The position numbers and the translations under genes are program-made. The notes under the pieces were generated by a model, which saw only the letters and a list, made by a program, of their open reading frames with translations, was not told the DNA's origin and did no database searches. Of a stretch of DNA of 10,650 nucleotides, positions 1 through 7,578 are shown piece after piece; within the stretch, counting starts at the first letter, position 1; each line of letters opens with the position of its first letter. The DNA comes from Candidatus Rokuibacteriota bacterium (GTDB taxonomy: Bacteria > Methylomirabilota > Methylomirabilia > Rokubacteriales > CSP1-6). Location: the NCBI GenBank assembly GCA_016184305.1, contig JACPCX010000097.1, positions 1-10,650 of the forward strand. The letters run 5' to 3'.

Positions 1-789
1 GCCGAGGTCCAGGTGATCGTGGACGCCTCCGACCCGCAGGTGGCCACGTCCGCCATCAACGCCGCCAGCTCGCTGGGCGCCCAGCGGTCGCTGGAGATCA
101 TCACCAAGACGCTGGAGGGCAGCACGCTCGGCCGTCGGACCGGGGTGCCCTTCGACGTGCGGGTCCGCGCCTGGTACAACCCCGACCTCGTGTCCGCCAT
201 CTTCATCGTCCCCGGCCTCATCGGCGCGCTCCTGATGCAGACCACCATCACGGCCATGGCGGTGTCCGTGGTGCGCGAGCGGGAGAAGGGGACCCTCGAG
301 GCCCTGATCGTGAGCCCGATCCGGCGCTGGGAATTGCTCCTCGGCAAGATCATCCCCAACCTGCTCGTGGCCTACGGCCAGATGACCATGGCGCTCATCG
401 TGGCCCACTTCGTCTTCGACGTCCCCATCCGCGGCAGCCTGCCGCTGCTGTACGGGCTCGCTCTGGTCTTCATGATGGGCACGCTCGGCATCGGGATCTT
501 CGTCTCCGCGGCCGCGCGCACGGTGCCGCAGGCGATGCAGATGGCCTTCCTGACATTCCTGCCATCCATCTACCTCTCCGGGCTCCTCTTCCCCATCGAG
601 GGGATGCCCACGGGGGCCCAGTACCTGGCCTCGATCATCCCGCTCACGTACTTCCTGCGGATCGTGCGCGGGATCATCCTCAAGGGCGTCGGGTTCGGCG
701 ATCTCTGGCCGAGCCTGCTGCCGCTGCTGGCCTTCGGGGTCGTGATCTTCTCGCTGGCCGTGATCAAGTTCCGCAAGCAGCTCGACTGA
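1..789 (+). CDS. ABC-2 type transporter permease (YbhR/YbhS-like), 5' end outside the window
   Basis: The frame is open from base 1 to TGA at 787-789. Motifs WYNPDL..IVPGLIG, SVVREREKGTLEALIVSP..LLGKIIP, LSGLLFPIEGMP and PLTYFLRIVRGIILKG, with about six hydrophobic segments, match ABC2_membrane_3 permeases. Confidence 0.93.
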   Translation, partial: AEVQVIVDASDPQVATSAINAASSLGAQRSLEIITKTLEGSTLGRRTGVPFDVRVRAWYNPDLVSAIFIVPGLIGALLMQTTITAMAVSVVREREKGTLEALIVSPIRRWELLLGKIIPNLLVAYGQMTMALIVAHFVFDVPIRGSLPLLYGLALVFMMGTLGIGIFVSAAARTVPQAMQMAFLTFLPSIYLSGLLFPIEGMPTGAQYLASIIPLTYFLRIVRGIILKGVGFGDLWPSLLPLLAFGVVIFSLAVIKFRKQLD

Positions 790-799
790 GAGGGCACCC

Positions 800-2104
800 A
801 TGCGATTGCTCACGTGTGTTGTCGCCGCGTTCCTCCTCTCCCCCGTCTCCGTGAGCGCCGCGCCCATCGCCCAGCGCGAGGTCCTCGGCAACGGAATGAC
901 GCTTCTCGTCGCCGAGCGCAGCGCGATCCCCATCGTCTCGGTGAGCGTTTACCTGCGGGCGGGCTCGGCCTTCGACCCGCCGGGCGCTCCCGGCGTCGCG
1001 AGCCTCACCGCCGATCTCCTCACGCGTGGCACGGCCCGGCGCCCGGGCCCGGAGCTGGACCGCGCGATCGAATTCGTGGGCGGCAGCCTCGAGGCCGAGG
1101 CGGGGAAAGACGGCGTCACGGTCTCGCTCGCCGTGCTGAAGAAGGACCTGGCGCTCGGGCTCGATCTCCTCGCCGAGGTGCTGCGCGAGCCCACCTTCCC
1201 GGAGGACGAGCTCAAGCGCAGGGTGGCGGAGGTGCAGGCCGCGCTCAAGCGCTCCGAGGAGAACCCGGAGACCGTTGCCGGGCGCGCGCTGGGGCAGGCC
1301 CTCTACCCGGGCCACCCCTATGCGCATCCGACGCAGGGGACCATCGAGTCCGTCGGCAAGATCACCCGCGCGGAGGTGCTCCGATTCCACCGTGAGCACT
1401 ATCGGCCCGACGCCGCCGTGGTCGCGGTGGTCGGCGACGTCACGCGCGACGAGATCCGGCGCGAGCTCGGGGCCAGGCTGGGCGGCTGGACCGCGCCGGC
1501 GGGAGCGCGGGCGGCGGTTCCCTCGGCGATCGCCGTGCTGCCGCCCGCCATCACGCGAACGCTCACGCGCGAGCTGACCCAGGCCACCGTCTACATGGGC
1601 CGCCCGGCGATCCGCCAGGACCACCCGGACTACTTCCCGCTGGTGCTGGCCAACTACGTCCTGGGCGGAGGCTCGGCCTCCCGCCTCTACACGCGGGTGC
1701 GCGAGGAGCGGGGGCTCGCCTACTCGATCTACTCCTCGCTGTCCCCGGCGCGCTACGGCGCCTCCTTCGTGGTGGGACTGCAGACTCGGAACGAGGGCGT
1801 GGACGAGGCGATGCGCCTCGCGAAGGAAGAGATGAGCCGGATGGGGCGGGAGCCCGTGACCGCCGCCGAGCTCGACCTGGCCCGGGCGTACCTCATCGGG
1901 AGCTTCCCGCTGCGCATGGACACCTCGGGCAAGGTGGCGCGGCTGATGATCGCCGTGGAGGAGTACGGCCTCGGGCTCGACTACCCGGATCGCTACAAGG
2001 AGCGCATCGGCCGCGTCACCGCGGCGGACGTGCAGCGCGTCGCGGCGCGCTACCTGGACCCCGCGCAGTTCTCGGTGATCACGGTGCGGGGCAAGACCGA
2101 CTAG
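800..2104 (+). CDS. M16 (pitrilysin/insulinase) family protein, M16B-like, secreted and probably non-catalytic
   Basis: 434 aa with an N-terminal signal-peptide-like segment and motifs LGNGMTLLV, RAGSAFDP, LYPGHPY, HYRPD..VVGDV and SRLYTRVREERGLAYSI. The HXXEH zinc motif is replaced by SLTAD (1001-1015). GAGAGGG lies upstream of the ATG. Confidence 0.9.
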   Translation: MRLLTCVVAAFLLSPVSVSAAPIAQREVLGNGMTLLVAERSAIPIVSVSVYLRAGSAFDPPGAPGVASLTADLLTRGTARRPGPELDRAIEFVGGSLEAEAGKDGVTVSLAVLKKDLALGLDLLAEVLREPTFPEDELKRRVAEVQAALKRSEENPETVAGRALGQALYPGHPYAHPTQGTIESVGKITRAEVLRFHREHYRPDAAVVAVVGDVTRDEIRRELGARLGGWTAPAGARAAVPSAIAVLPPAITRTLTRELTQATVYMGRPAIRQDHPDYFPLVLANYVLGGGSASRLYTRVREERGLAYSIYSSLSPARYGASFVVGLQTRNEGVDEAMRLAKEEMSRMGREPVTAAELDLARAYLIGSFPLRMDTSGKVARLMIAVEEYGLGLDYPDRYKERIGRVTAADVQRVAARYLDPAQFSVITVRGKTD

Positions 2105-2646
2105 CGCAAGGGCCAGGTGCGGTAGGGGCCGTAGGGCCAGAGAGGGCCGTGGGGCCAGTAGGGCCAGTCGTAGAAGCCGGGTGGGTAGACGGGAACGATG
2201 TGCGTTGCGGCCACGTCCCGCGGCCAGAGCCGGATGCGCTCGGCCGCGATGACCGGGTAACGGTACGGCAATTCGCCGATCGGGCGCTCCACCTCGGCCG
2301 TGACCGTCCCCAGGACGGTGATGCGGCGCCCCGGCGCGTAGACGGCCGGATCGAGGAAGTCGGCGGTCTTCACGAGGAAGCGTCCCTCCGAGCGGTCGCT
2401 CCGCTCGGGAGAGTCGTCCGGGCGCAGGCGGCGGGCCAGCACCTCGATCTCGGTCTCGCCCACCCGGGGGCGGGTGGCGAGGATCTCGCCGCCGAGGATG
2501 ACGCGCGCGTTGACGTGGGCCGCCGGCGCCTGGCGCAGCTCGGCGACGGTGAGCGTGCGATTCACCGAGATCACGATCTCGTCGGGGAACGCGGAGACGC
2601 ACCCGGCGAGTAGCAGGCTCGCGAAAAGGGCTCGAGCGCCACGCAT
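2101..2646 (-). CDS. slp: Slp family outer-membrane lipoprotein
   Basis: The ATG at 2646 gives MRGARALFASLLLAGC (lipobox LAGC). Slp motifs VILGGEI, GRFLV..FLDPAVYAPGRRITVLG, IGELPYRYPVI and LWP are present, followed by a Pro/Tyr/Trp-rich tail. The ORF-track extension to 2751 is not supported. Confidence 0.9.
   Translation of the reverse strand: MRGARALFASLLLAGCVSAFPDEIVISVNRTLTVAELRQAPAAHVNARVILGGEILATRPRVGETEIEVLARRLRPDDSPERSDRSEGRFLVKTADFLDPAVYAPGRRITVLGTVTAEVERPIGELPYRYPVIAAERIRLWPRDVAATHIVPVYPPGFYDWPYWPHGPLWPYGPYRTWPLR
2122..2166 (-). repeat. Five imperfect 9-nt tandem units encoding WPY-WPH-GPL-WPY-GPY in the Slp C-terminal tail
   Basis: Plus-strand units gtaggggcc, gtagggcca, gagagggcc, gtggggcca, gtagggcca are read directly from the sequence. 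Confidence 0.75.
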
Positions 2647-2652
2647 GTTCCT

Positions 2653-2681
2653 ACCGTACCCCCCTTGGCGTCCGGGAGCAA
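2653..2681 (-). promoter_or_regulatory. Putative sigma70-type promoter of slp, positioned for a leaderless transcript
   Basis: On the minus strand: TTGCTC (2681-2676), 17 nt, TACGGT (2658-2653), 6 nt, ATG (2646). Confidence 0.5.
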
Positions 2682-2759
2682 CGCAAGGGCGAGCGGACAT
2701 GGGGTTCCGCCGAGCGGAGGGAGGCGGGTCGTCCTCGGCGCGCTGCCCCACCGGGTCAA

Positions 2760-2787
2760 ATGATGCGTCGCGGCATCATGTTACAAT
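2760..2787 (+). promoter_or_regulatory. Extended -10 promoter (TGnTACAAT) with an overlapping palindrome ATGATGC-N6-GCATCAT
   Basis: TG at 2779-2780 and TACAAT at 2782-2787 sit in a locally AT-richer patch, 21 nt before ATG 2809. A perfect 7-bp inverted repeat spans 2760-2766 / 2773-2779. Confidence 0.6.
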
Positions 2788-2808
2788 GACGCCGGCGTGA
2801 GCGGAATC

Positions 2809-3387
2809 ATGCGGCGCGTGTGGATGCTTGTCGTTGTCGGAGTCACGCTGTGGCCTGCCACGGGCCAGCCCGCGGCGGCGGCCTCCTTCGCCTTGACGGA
2901 GCGGGAGCAGCAGGAGGCCATTCGTCTCGGCCGGAAGAGCGTCGTCCAGGAGCAGATCGGCGGCGAGTGGACGAGCGACAACGGCTCGGGCGAGACGCTG
3001 ACCGTCGTGACGCCGTTCCATCGGCTCGCATTGGCGGCGCGCAATGCCGCCTTCAAGAAGGAACCGCTCAAGCCGAGGGAGATCCGTGCGGTCCTCAAGG
3101 AAACCACGCGGAAGCTCACCGTGTGGGTCACGCTGCGCGGAGCCAAGTCCGACTTCGCGCGCTTCTTCGAACCGGCGCTGCGCGACGGCAAGGCCGAGAT
3201 CAAGCCGAGCTTCGTGCAGAACGAGCGGACGGCCCTGCGCGGGGAGGACGGGCGGTACGCCGCCCGCTGCCTCTACGTGTTCGACGCCGAGACGCTGAAC
3301 CCGAAGGGGCGGTTCACGCTGATCGTGCGTGATCCGGACGAGAAAGAGGTCTCGAAGTTCACGCTGGATCTCTCAGCCATGCGGTAA
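2809..3387 (+). CDS. Hypothetical protein, probably secreted (192 aa; alternative GTG start at 2797)
   Basis: Strong GC3 codon bias and a natural amino-acid composition. The N-terminus MRRVWMLVVVGVTLWPATGQPAAAASFA resembles a Sec signal peptide. No family recognised. Confidence 0.8.
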   Translation: MRRVWMLVVVGVTLWPATGQPAAAASFALTEREQQEAIRLGRKSVVQEQIGGEWTSDNGSGETLTVVTPFHRLALAARNAAFKKEPLKPREIRAVLKETTRKLTVWVTLRGAKSDFARFFEPALRDGKAEIKPSFVQNERTALRGEDGRYAARCLYVFDAETLNPKGRFTLIVRDPDEKEVSKFTLDLSAMR

Positions 3388-3409
3388 GGACCAGAACAGG
3401 AGAGCGCAC

Positions 3410-4378
3410 ATGAAAGCGATTCGCATCCATACACCCGGCGGGCCCGAGGTGATGAAGCTCGAGGATGTCGCGGAGCCCTCCCCCGGCGCAGGGCAGGCGG
3501 TTGTCAAGCTCGAGGCGGCCGGGCTCAACTACATCGACGTCTATTTCCGCACCGGCGCCTCCAAGGCATCCCTGCCGCTCACTCCCGGTTTCGAGGGCGC
3601 GGGCACCGTCACCTCCGTGGGGCCCGGCGTCACCGACGTCAAGGTCGGCGATCGGGTGGCCTACACGGGGATCCTGGGCTCCTACGCCCAGATGAACGTC
3701 TGCCCCGCCGATCGCCTCGTGAAGCTCCCCGACGGGCTGTCCTTCCGCGACGGCGCCGCCGCGATGCTCCAGGGGATGACGGCCCACTACCTCGTGGGGT
3801 CCACGTATCCCGTCGACAAGGGCGACACCTGCCTCGTGCACGCGACGGCGGGCGGCATGGGGCTCCTCCTCTGCCAGATGGCCAAGATGCGCGGCGCGAC
3901 CGTGATCGGGACGGTGTCCACGGAGGAGAAGGCCGCGCTGGCGCGGGCGGCGGGGGCGGACCACGTCATCCTCTACGCCTCTCAGGACTTCGTGGCCGAG
4001 GTGAAGCGCATCACCGGCGGCCGCGGCGTGGACGTGGTCTACGACGGCGTGGGGGCCACGACCTTCAGCGGGAGCCTGGACTGCTTGAGACCCCGCGGCA
4101 TGATGGTGCTGTTCGGGGCGGCGAGCGGACCCGTGCCGCCGCTCGATCTCCAGCTCCTCAATGTCAAAGGATCGCTCTTCGTGACGCGCCCGAGCCTCAA
4201 CCATCACATCGCCGCGCGCGGGGAATTGCTTCAGCGCGCCGGGGACGTGCTCGGCTGGATCCGCGACGGCAAGATCAAGCTGCGCGTGGAGATCACGTTC
4301 CCGCTGGCGCAGGCCGCCGACGCCCATCGCGCCCTCGAGAGCCGCAAGACCACAGGAAAGGTCCTGCTGCTGCCATGA
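3410..4378 (+). CDS. qor: NADPH:quinone oxidoreductase (zinc-independent MDR / zeta-crystallin family)
   Basis: AGGAG at 3398-3402 precedes ATG 3410. Motifs MKAIRIHTPGGPEVM, GLNYIDVYFRTG, AAAMLQGMTAHYL, HATAGGMG, GVDVVYDGVG, FGAASG, KGSLFVTRPSL and RKTTGKVLLLP. Confidence 0.95.
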   Translation: MKAIRIHTPGGPEVMKLEDVAEPSPGAGQAVVKLEAAGLNYIDVYFRTGASKASLPLTPGFEGAGTVTSVGPGVTDVKVGDRVAYTGILGSYAQMNVCPADRLVKLPDGLSFRDGAAAMLQGMTAHYLVGSTYPVDKGDTCLVHATAGGMGLLLCQMAKMRGATVIGTVSTEEKAALARAAGADHVILYASQDFVAEVKRITGGRGVDVVYDGVGATTFSGSLDCLRPRGMMVLFGAASGPVPPLDLQLLNVKGSLFVTRPSLNHHIAARGELLQRAGDVLGWIRDGKIKLRVEITFPLAQAADAHRALESRKTTGKVLLLP

Positions 4379-4459
4379 CGGCCACGCGCGTCGAGGGCTC
4401 GACCGTCGGGCCCGGAGGCGCCTCGACGGCAAACCCCACCGTCCTGCTGATCCCGTGAC
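4361..4459 (+). repeat. Imperfect direct repeat of the last six codons of qor, copies 80 nt apart
   Basis: GTCCTGCTGCTGCCATGAC (4361-4379, VLLLP*) versus GTCCTGCTGATCCCGTGAC (4441-4459, VLLIP*), 16/19 identical. Confidence 0.7.
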
Positions 4460-4477
4460 CGTGGAGCGGGGCGAGAC

Positions 4478-5968
4478 ATGAACATCGCGCGGACTCTCGA
4501 GCGGTCGGCATTCCACCACCCCGAGCGGACGGCCCTCATCTTCAAGGACCAGCGCTGGACCTACCGGCAGCTTGATTGCGCCGCCTCCTCGCTGGCCTCG
4601 GGGCTCGCCGGCCTCGGCCTGACGCCGGGGGAGCGCATCGGGCTCCACCTGCCGAACTGGCCCGAATTCGTGCTGACCTACTTCGCCGCCAGCAAGATCG
4701 GCCTCGTCCCCATCTCGCTGAACGTGGTCTACAGGCCGGACGAGCTCGGCTACATCATCAACGACGGGGCGGCCGCCGCGGTGGTCACGGCCGAGCCCGT
4801 GGCCGCGAGCCTCCCGCCGCGGCGCGACCTGCCGTCGGTGCGGTCCATGATCCGGGTGGGCGGGGCGGGGAGCGACGTGGACTTCCGCGCGCTCTCGGGC
4901 GACCCGGGGCTCCGCGCGATCGAGCTCGATCGGAGCGAAACGGCCGCCATCCTCTACACCTCGGCCACCACCGGGCGTCCCAAGGGCGTCATGCTCACCC
5001 ACGAGAACGTGGTGTCCAACACGTACGCCACGACCCACCACCTTCGCATGACGCCCGACGACCGGGGGCTCTGCGCGCTGCCGCTGTTCCACTGCTTCGG
5101 CCAGAACTTCATCATGAACGCGCTCCTGAATTGCGGGGGCACGCTCGTGCTCCAGGAGCGCTTCGTGCTGGACGACTTCACCGCCGCCATCGGGGCCCAC
5201 GGGGTGACGCTGCTGTACGCCGTCCCCACCATGTACATCCTGATGCTCTCCGCGGACATGCGCCGGTGGGACATCACCTCGCTCCGGCTCTGCTTCTCGG
5301 CGGCGGCGAGCCTGCCTGCCGAGCCGGAGCGGCAGTGGAAGCAGCGCACGGGGCACGACATCCACCAGGGCTACGGCCTCACCGAGTGCTCCCCCTTCGC
5401 CTCCTACAACCACGACACGGCCGTTCGCCCCGGCTCCATCGGCACGCCCATCGAGAACGTGGAGATGAAGGTGGTGGATCCCGCCACCGGGCAGGAGGTC
5501 GCCGACGGTCAGCTGGGCGAGATCCTCATCAAGGGCCCCAACGTGATGAAGGGCTACTTCCGGAACCCGGAGGCGACGGCTCTGGCGGTGCGGGGCGGGT
5601 GGCTCCACTCCGGCGATATCGGCTCTCGCGACGCGGACGGCTACTTCTATGTCGTGGACCGCGTCAAGGACATGATCAACGTTTCCGGCTTCAAGGTCTT
5701 TCCCCGAGAGGTCGAGGAGGTGCTGTTCCTCCATCCGTCGGTGAAGGAGGTCGCCGTGCTGGGCATGCCCGATCCGGTGCGCGGCGAGGCCGTGAAGGCC
5801 TTCGTGGTTCTCAAGGAGGGCGCGACGGCCGATGCCGAGGCGCTCCGCGCCCTCTGCCGCGACAAGGTCGCCTCGTACAAGGTGCCCGAGGCCATCGAGT
5901 TCATCCCCGCCCTTCCCAAGAGTCCCACGGGGAAGATCCTGAAGAAGGACATGCGGACCCCGGCGTGA
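4478..5968 (+). CDS. Long-chain-fatty-acid--CoA ligase-like AMP-binding enzyme (ANL superfamily, FadD/LcfB-like)
   Basis: 496 aa with YTSATTGRPKG P-loop, LPLFHCFG, QGYGLTE, GEILIKGPNVMKGY, GWLHSGDIG, DRVKDMINVSGFKVFPREVEEVL and LPKSPTGKILK. GGAGCGGGG lies upstream of the ATG. Confidence 0.93.
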   Translation: MNIARTLERSAFHHPERTALIFKDQRWTYRQLDCAASSLASGLAGLGLTPGERIGLHLPNWPEFVLTYFAASKIGLVPISLNVVYRPDELGYIINDGAAAAVVTAEPVAASLPPRRDLPSVRSMIRVGGAGSDVDFRALSGDPGLRAIELDRSETAAILYTSATTGRPKGVMLTHENVVSNTYATTHHLRMTPDDRGLCALPLFHCFGQNFIMNALLNCGGTLVLQERFVLDDFTAAIGAHGVTLLYAVPTMYILMLSADMRRWDITSLRLCFSAAASLPAEPERQWKQRTGHDIHQGYGLTECSPFASYNHDTAVRPGSIGTPIENVEMKVVDPATGQEVADGQLGEILIKGPNVMKGYFRNPEATALAVRGGWLHSGDIGSRDADGYFYVVDRVKDMINVSGFKVFPREVEEVLFLHPSVKEVAVLGMPDPVRGEAVKAFVVLKEGATADAEALRALCRDKVASYKVPEAIEFIPALPKSPTGKILKKDMRTPA

Positions 5969-7578
5969 GGCTCAGGTGGATCCTCGCCGCGGCCGGCGTT
6001 CTGCTCCTGCTCGTCGTCGGGGCGCTGGCCGCGCTGCCGTGGCTTGTCGACATCCCGAAGGTGCAGGCCTACATCTCCCTGCGGGCGAGCCAGGCGCTCG
6101 GCCGGCCCGTCACGTTCGCCTCGCTGTCCCTCGCGCTCTTGCCGCGCCCGGCCGTCAGGCTGCGCGGCCTCTCGGTGGCCGATGACCCGCGCTTCGGCAC
6201 CGCCCCCTTCCTCACCGTGGAAGAAGGCCGATTCGGATTGCGCCTGAGGCCGCTGCTGTCCGGCCGCGTGGAGTTCACTGATCTCACGCTTGACCGACCC
6301 CGCCTGGAGGTGGTGGAGGAGGGCGGCCGGCTCAATATCGCGACGCTGGGCGCGCAGACCTCGACCGCGCGCGGCGCTGCGAGGGCGGGGGGCGGCGCGT
6401 CCCGGGCGGCTCCGGCGGTCGCAGGGCTCATGTCCCAGGTCCGGATCACCAACGGCGCCCTCCGCTATCAGAAGCGGGGCGTCACGGGCGGCGACTGGCG
6501 GCTGGAGGACATGACCTTCACCCTCCACGCGAATGGGCGCGGTGATGGGCTTCTGTTGAAAGGCCAGGCCGTTGCCCAGCCGGGCGGCGTCCGGCTGGGG
6601 ATCACCGAGGCGACGCTCTCACTTGGTGGGGGCCGCGCCTTCACGGAGGCCCCGCTCCGCGCGCGGCTCGACATCGAGGCCAAGGACGTGGCGGCGCTCG
6701 GCGGCGCGTTCCTGGCCTCTCCATCGCTCGCCGGGCCCGTCGCGGGGCGGCTTCTGCTCGGCGGCACGGTCTCGCAGCTGACCGCCTCCGGCGAGCTGCG
6801 TCTGGAGCGTCTCACGGTCTCGGAGCAGCGCCCGCATTGCCCCATGCCCACGCTCCGTCAGCTCGCGCTCCAGGATGTCCGTGTGCCGGTGGCGCTGACG
6901 CCCATCAGACTCGACAGCCGGCCGCTCCAGGCGCAGGTGAACGGAGGGAGCGCGTCGGCCCACCTGACGGCGGACCTGCAGACGGCGCCCGTCATGGCGG
7001 TCAGGACGCTCACCCTCAAGGCCATCACCGTCAAGGGGATGCAGCTCTCGCCGCTCCTGGTGGACTACCTCTGCCAGGCCTATGCCGTCTCGGGTCCGCT
7101 GGATCTGACGGGCGAGGCGGTGCTGCGCCCTGCCGATCCGTGGCGGACGCTCAGCGGCGCCGGCACGTTGCAGATCGGGCGAGGGAAGGTGGTGGGCGCG
7201 GGAGCCATGCGGACGCTCCGAGACGTGGCGGAGCTGGCCGGCGCGCTGTCGCCGCTCCATCGCCCCGCGCAGGAGAGCCGTCCCGGCGCCTCGGCGCTCG
7301 ACTTCGACGCCATCACGGCGACCTACCGGATCGCCGGGGGCGTGGTGAGCACCGAGGACCTGCTTTACCGGAGCGGCACGATGACGCTGGCGGGCGCCGG
7401 CACCTACGGCCTGCGGGACGGCACGGTGGACATGGCGGTGACGCTCACGCAGGGGCGCGCCCAGGTCAAGGCACAGGTCACCGGCTCGAGTGGCGGCGCG
7501 CTCCGCGTGGTCCCCACCGACATCAAGTACAGGGAGCGGGGCGGGATCAGGAAGCTGCTGGAGCGGCTGTTGCGCTGA
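5965..7578 (+). CDS. AsmA family protein (537 aa)
   Basis: The GTG start overlaps the ligase stop (GTGA). An N-terminal membrane anchor is followed by ASQALGRPV..LRGLSVADDPRFG..LRLRPLLSGRVE..LTLDRPRL, and the C-terminus LDFDAITATYRIAGGVVSTEDL..LAGAGTYGL is AsmA-like. The sequence is beta-strand rich. Confidence 0.85.
   Translation: MRLRWILAAAGVLLLLVVGALAALPWLVDIPKVQAYISLRASQALGRPVTFASLSLALLPRPAVRLRGLSVADDPRFGTAPFLTVEEGRFGLRLRPLLSGRVEFTDLTLDRPRLEVVEEGGRLNIATLGAQTSTARGAARAGGGASRAAPAVAGLMSQVRITNGALRYQKRGVTGGDWRLEDMTFTLHANGRGDGLLLKGQAVAQPGGVRLGITEATLSLGGGRAFTEAPLRARLDIEAKDVAALGGAFLASPSLAGPVAGRLLLGGTVSQLTASGELRLERLTVSEQRPHCPMPTLRQLALQDVRVPVALTPIRLDSRPLQAQVNGGSASAHLTADLQTAPVMAVRTLTLKAITVKGMQLSPLLVDYLCQAYAVSGPLDLTGEAVLRPADPWRTLSGAGTLQIGRGKVVGAGAMRTLRDVAELAGALSPLHRPAQESRPGASALDFDAITATYRIAGGVVSTEDLLYRSGTMTLAGAGTYGLRDGTVDMAVTLTQGRAQVKAQVTGSSGGALRVVPTDIKYRERGGIRKLLERLLR

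Noticed and set aside
2122..2166. Tandem repeats as a possible CRISPR array or contingency locus
   Set aside because: These are 9-nt in-frame imperfect units without spacers, encoding the Pro/aromatic tail common in Slp proteins.
764..2602. 612-aa minus-strand ORF
   Set aside because: It is an antisense or off-frame shadow of the M16 and slp genes. It is Arg/Gly/Ala/His-rich with no motifs, and long stop-free frames are expected at this GC content.
2647..2751. Longer slp start from the ORF track
   Set aside because: It would put the lipobox too far from the N-terminus. The region instead contains promoter-like elements.
3329..3409. Longer qor start from the ORF track
   Set aside because: It overlaps the upstream gene, whereas ATG 3410 has an AGGAG SD and the typical MKAIRI N-terminus.
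3359..5734. 791-aa minus-strand ORF
   Set aside because: It lies antisense to the well-supported qor and ligase genes and has no recognisable domain.
4576..5964. N-terminal extension making the AsmA ORF appear to be 1000 aa, or a frameshift fusion with the ligase
   Set aside because: The extension is Arg-rich off-frame translation of the ligase. The AsmA membrane anchor begins at GTG 5965, the ligase has a complete C-terminus and stop, and no slippery site is evident.
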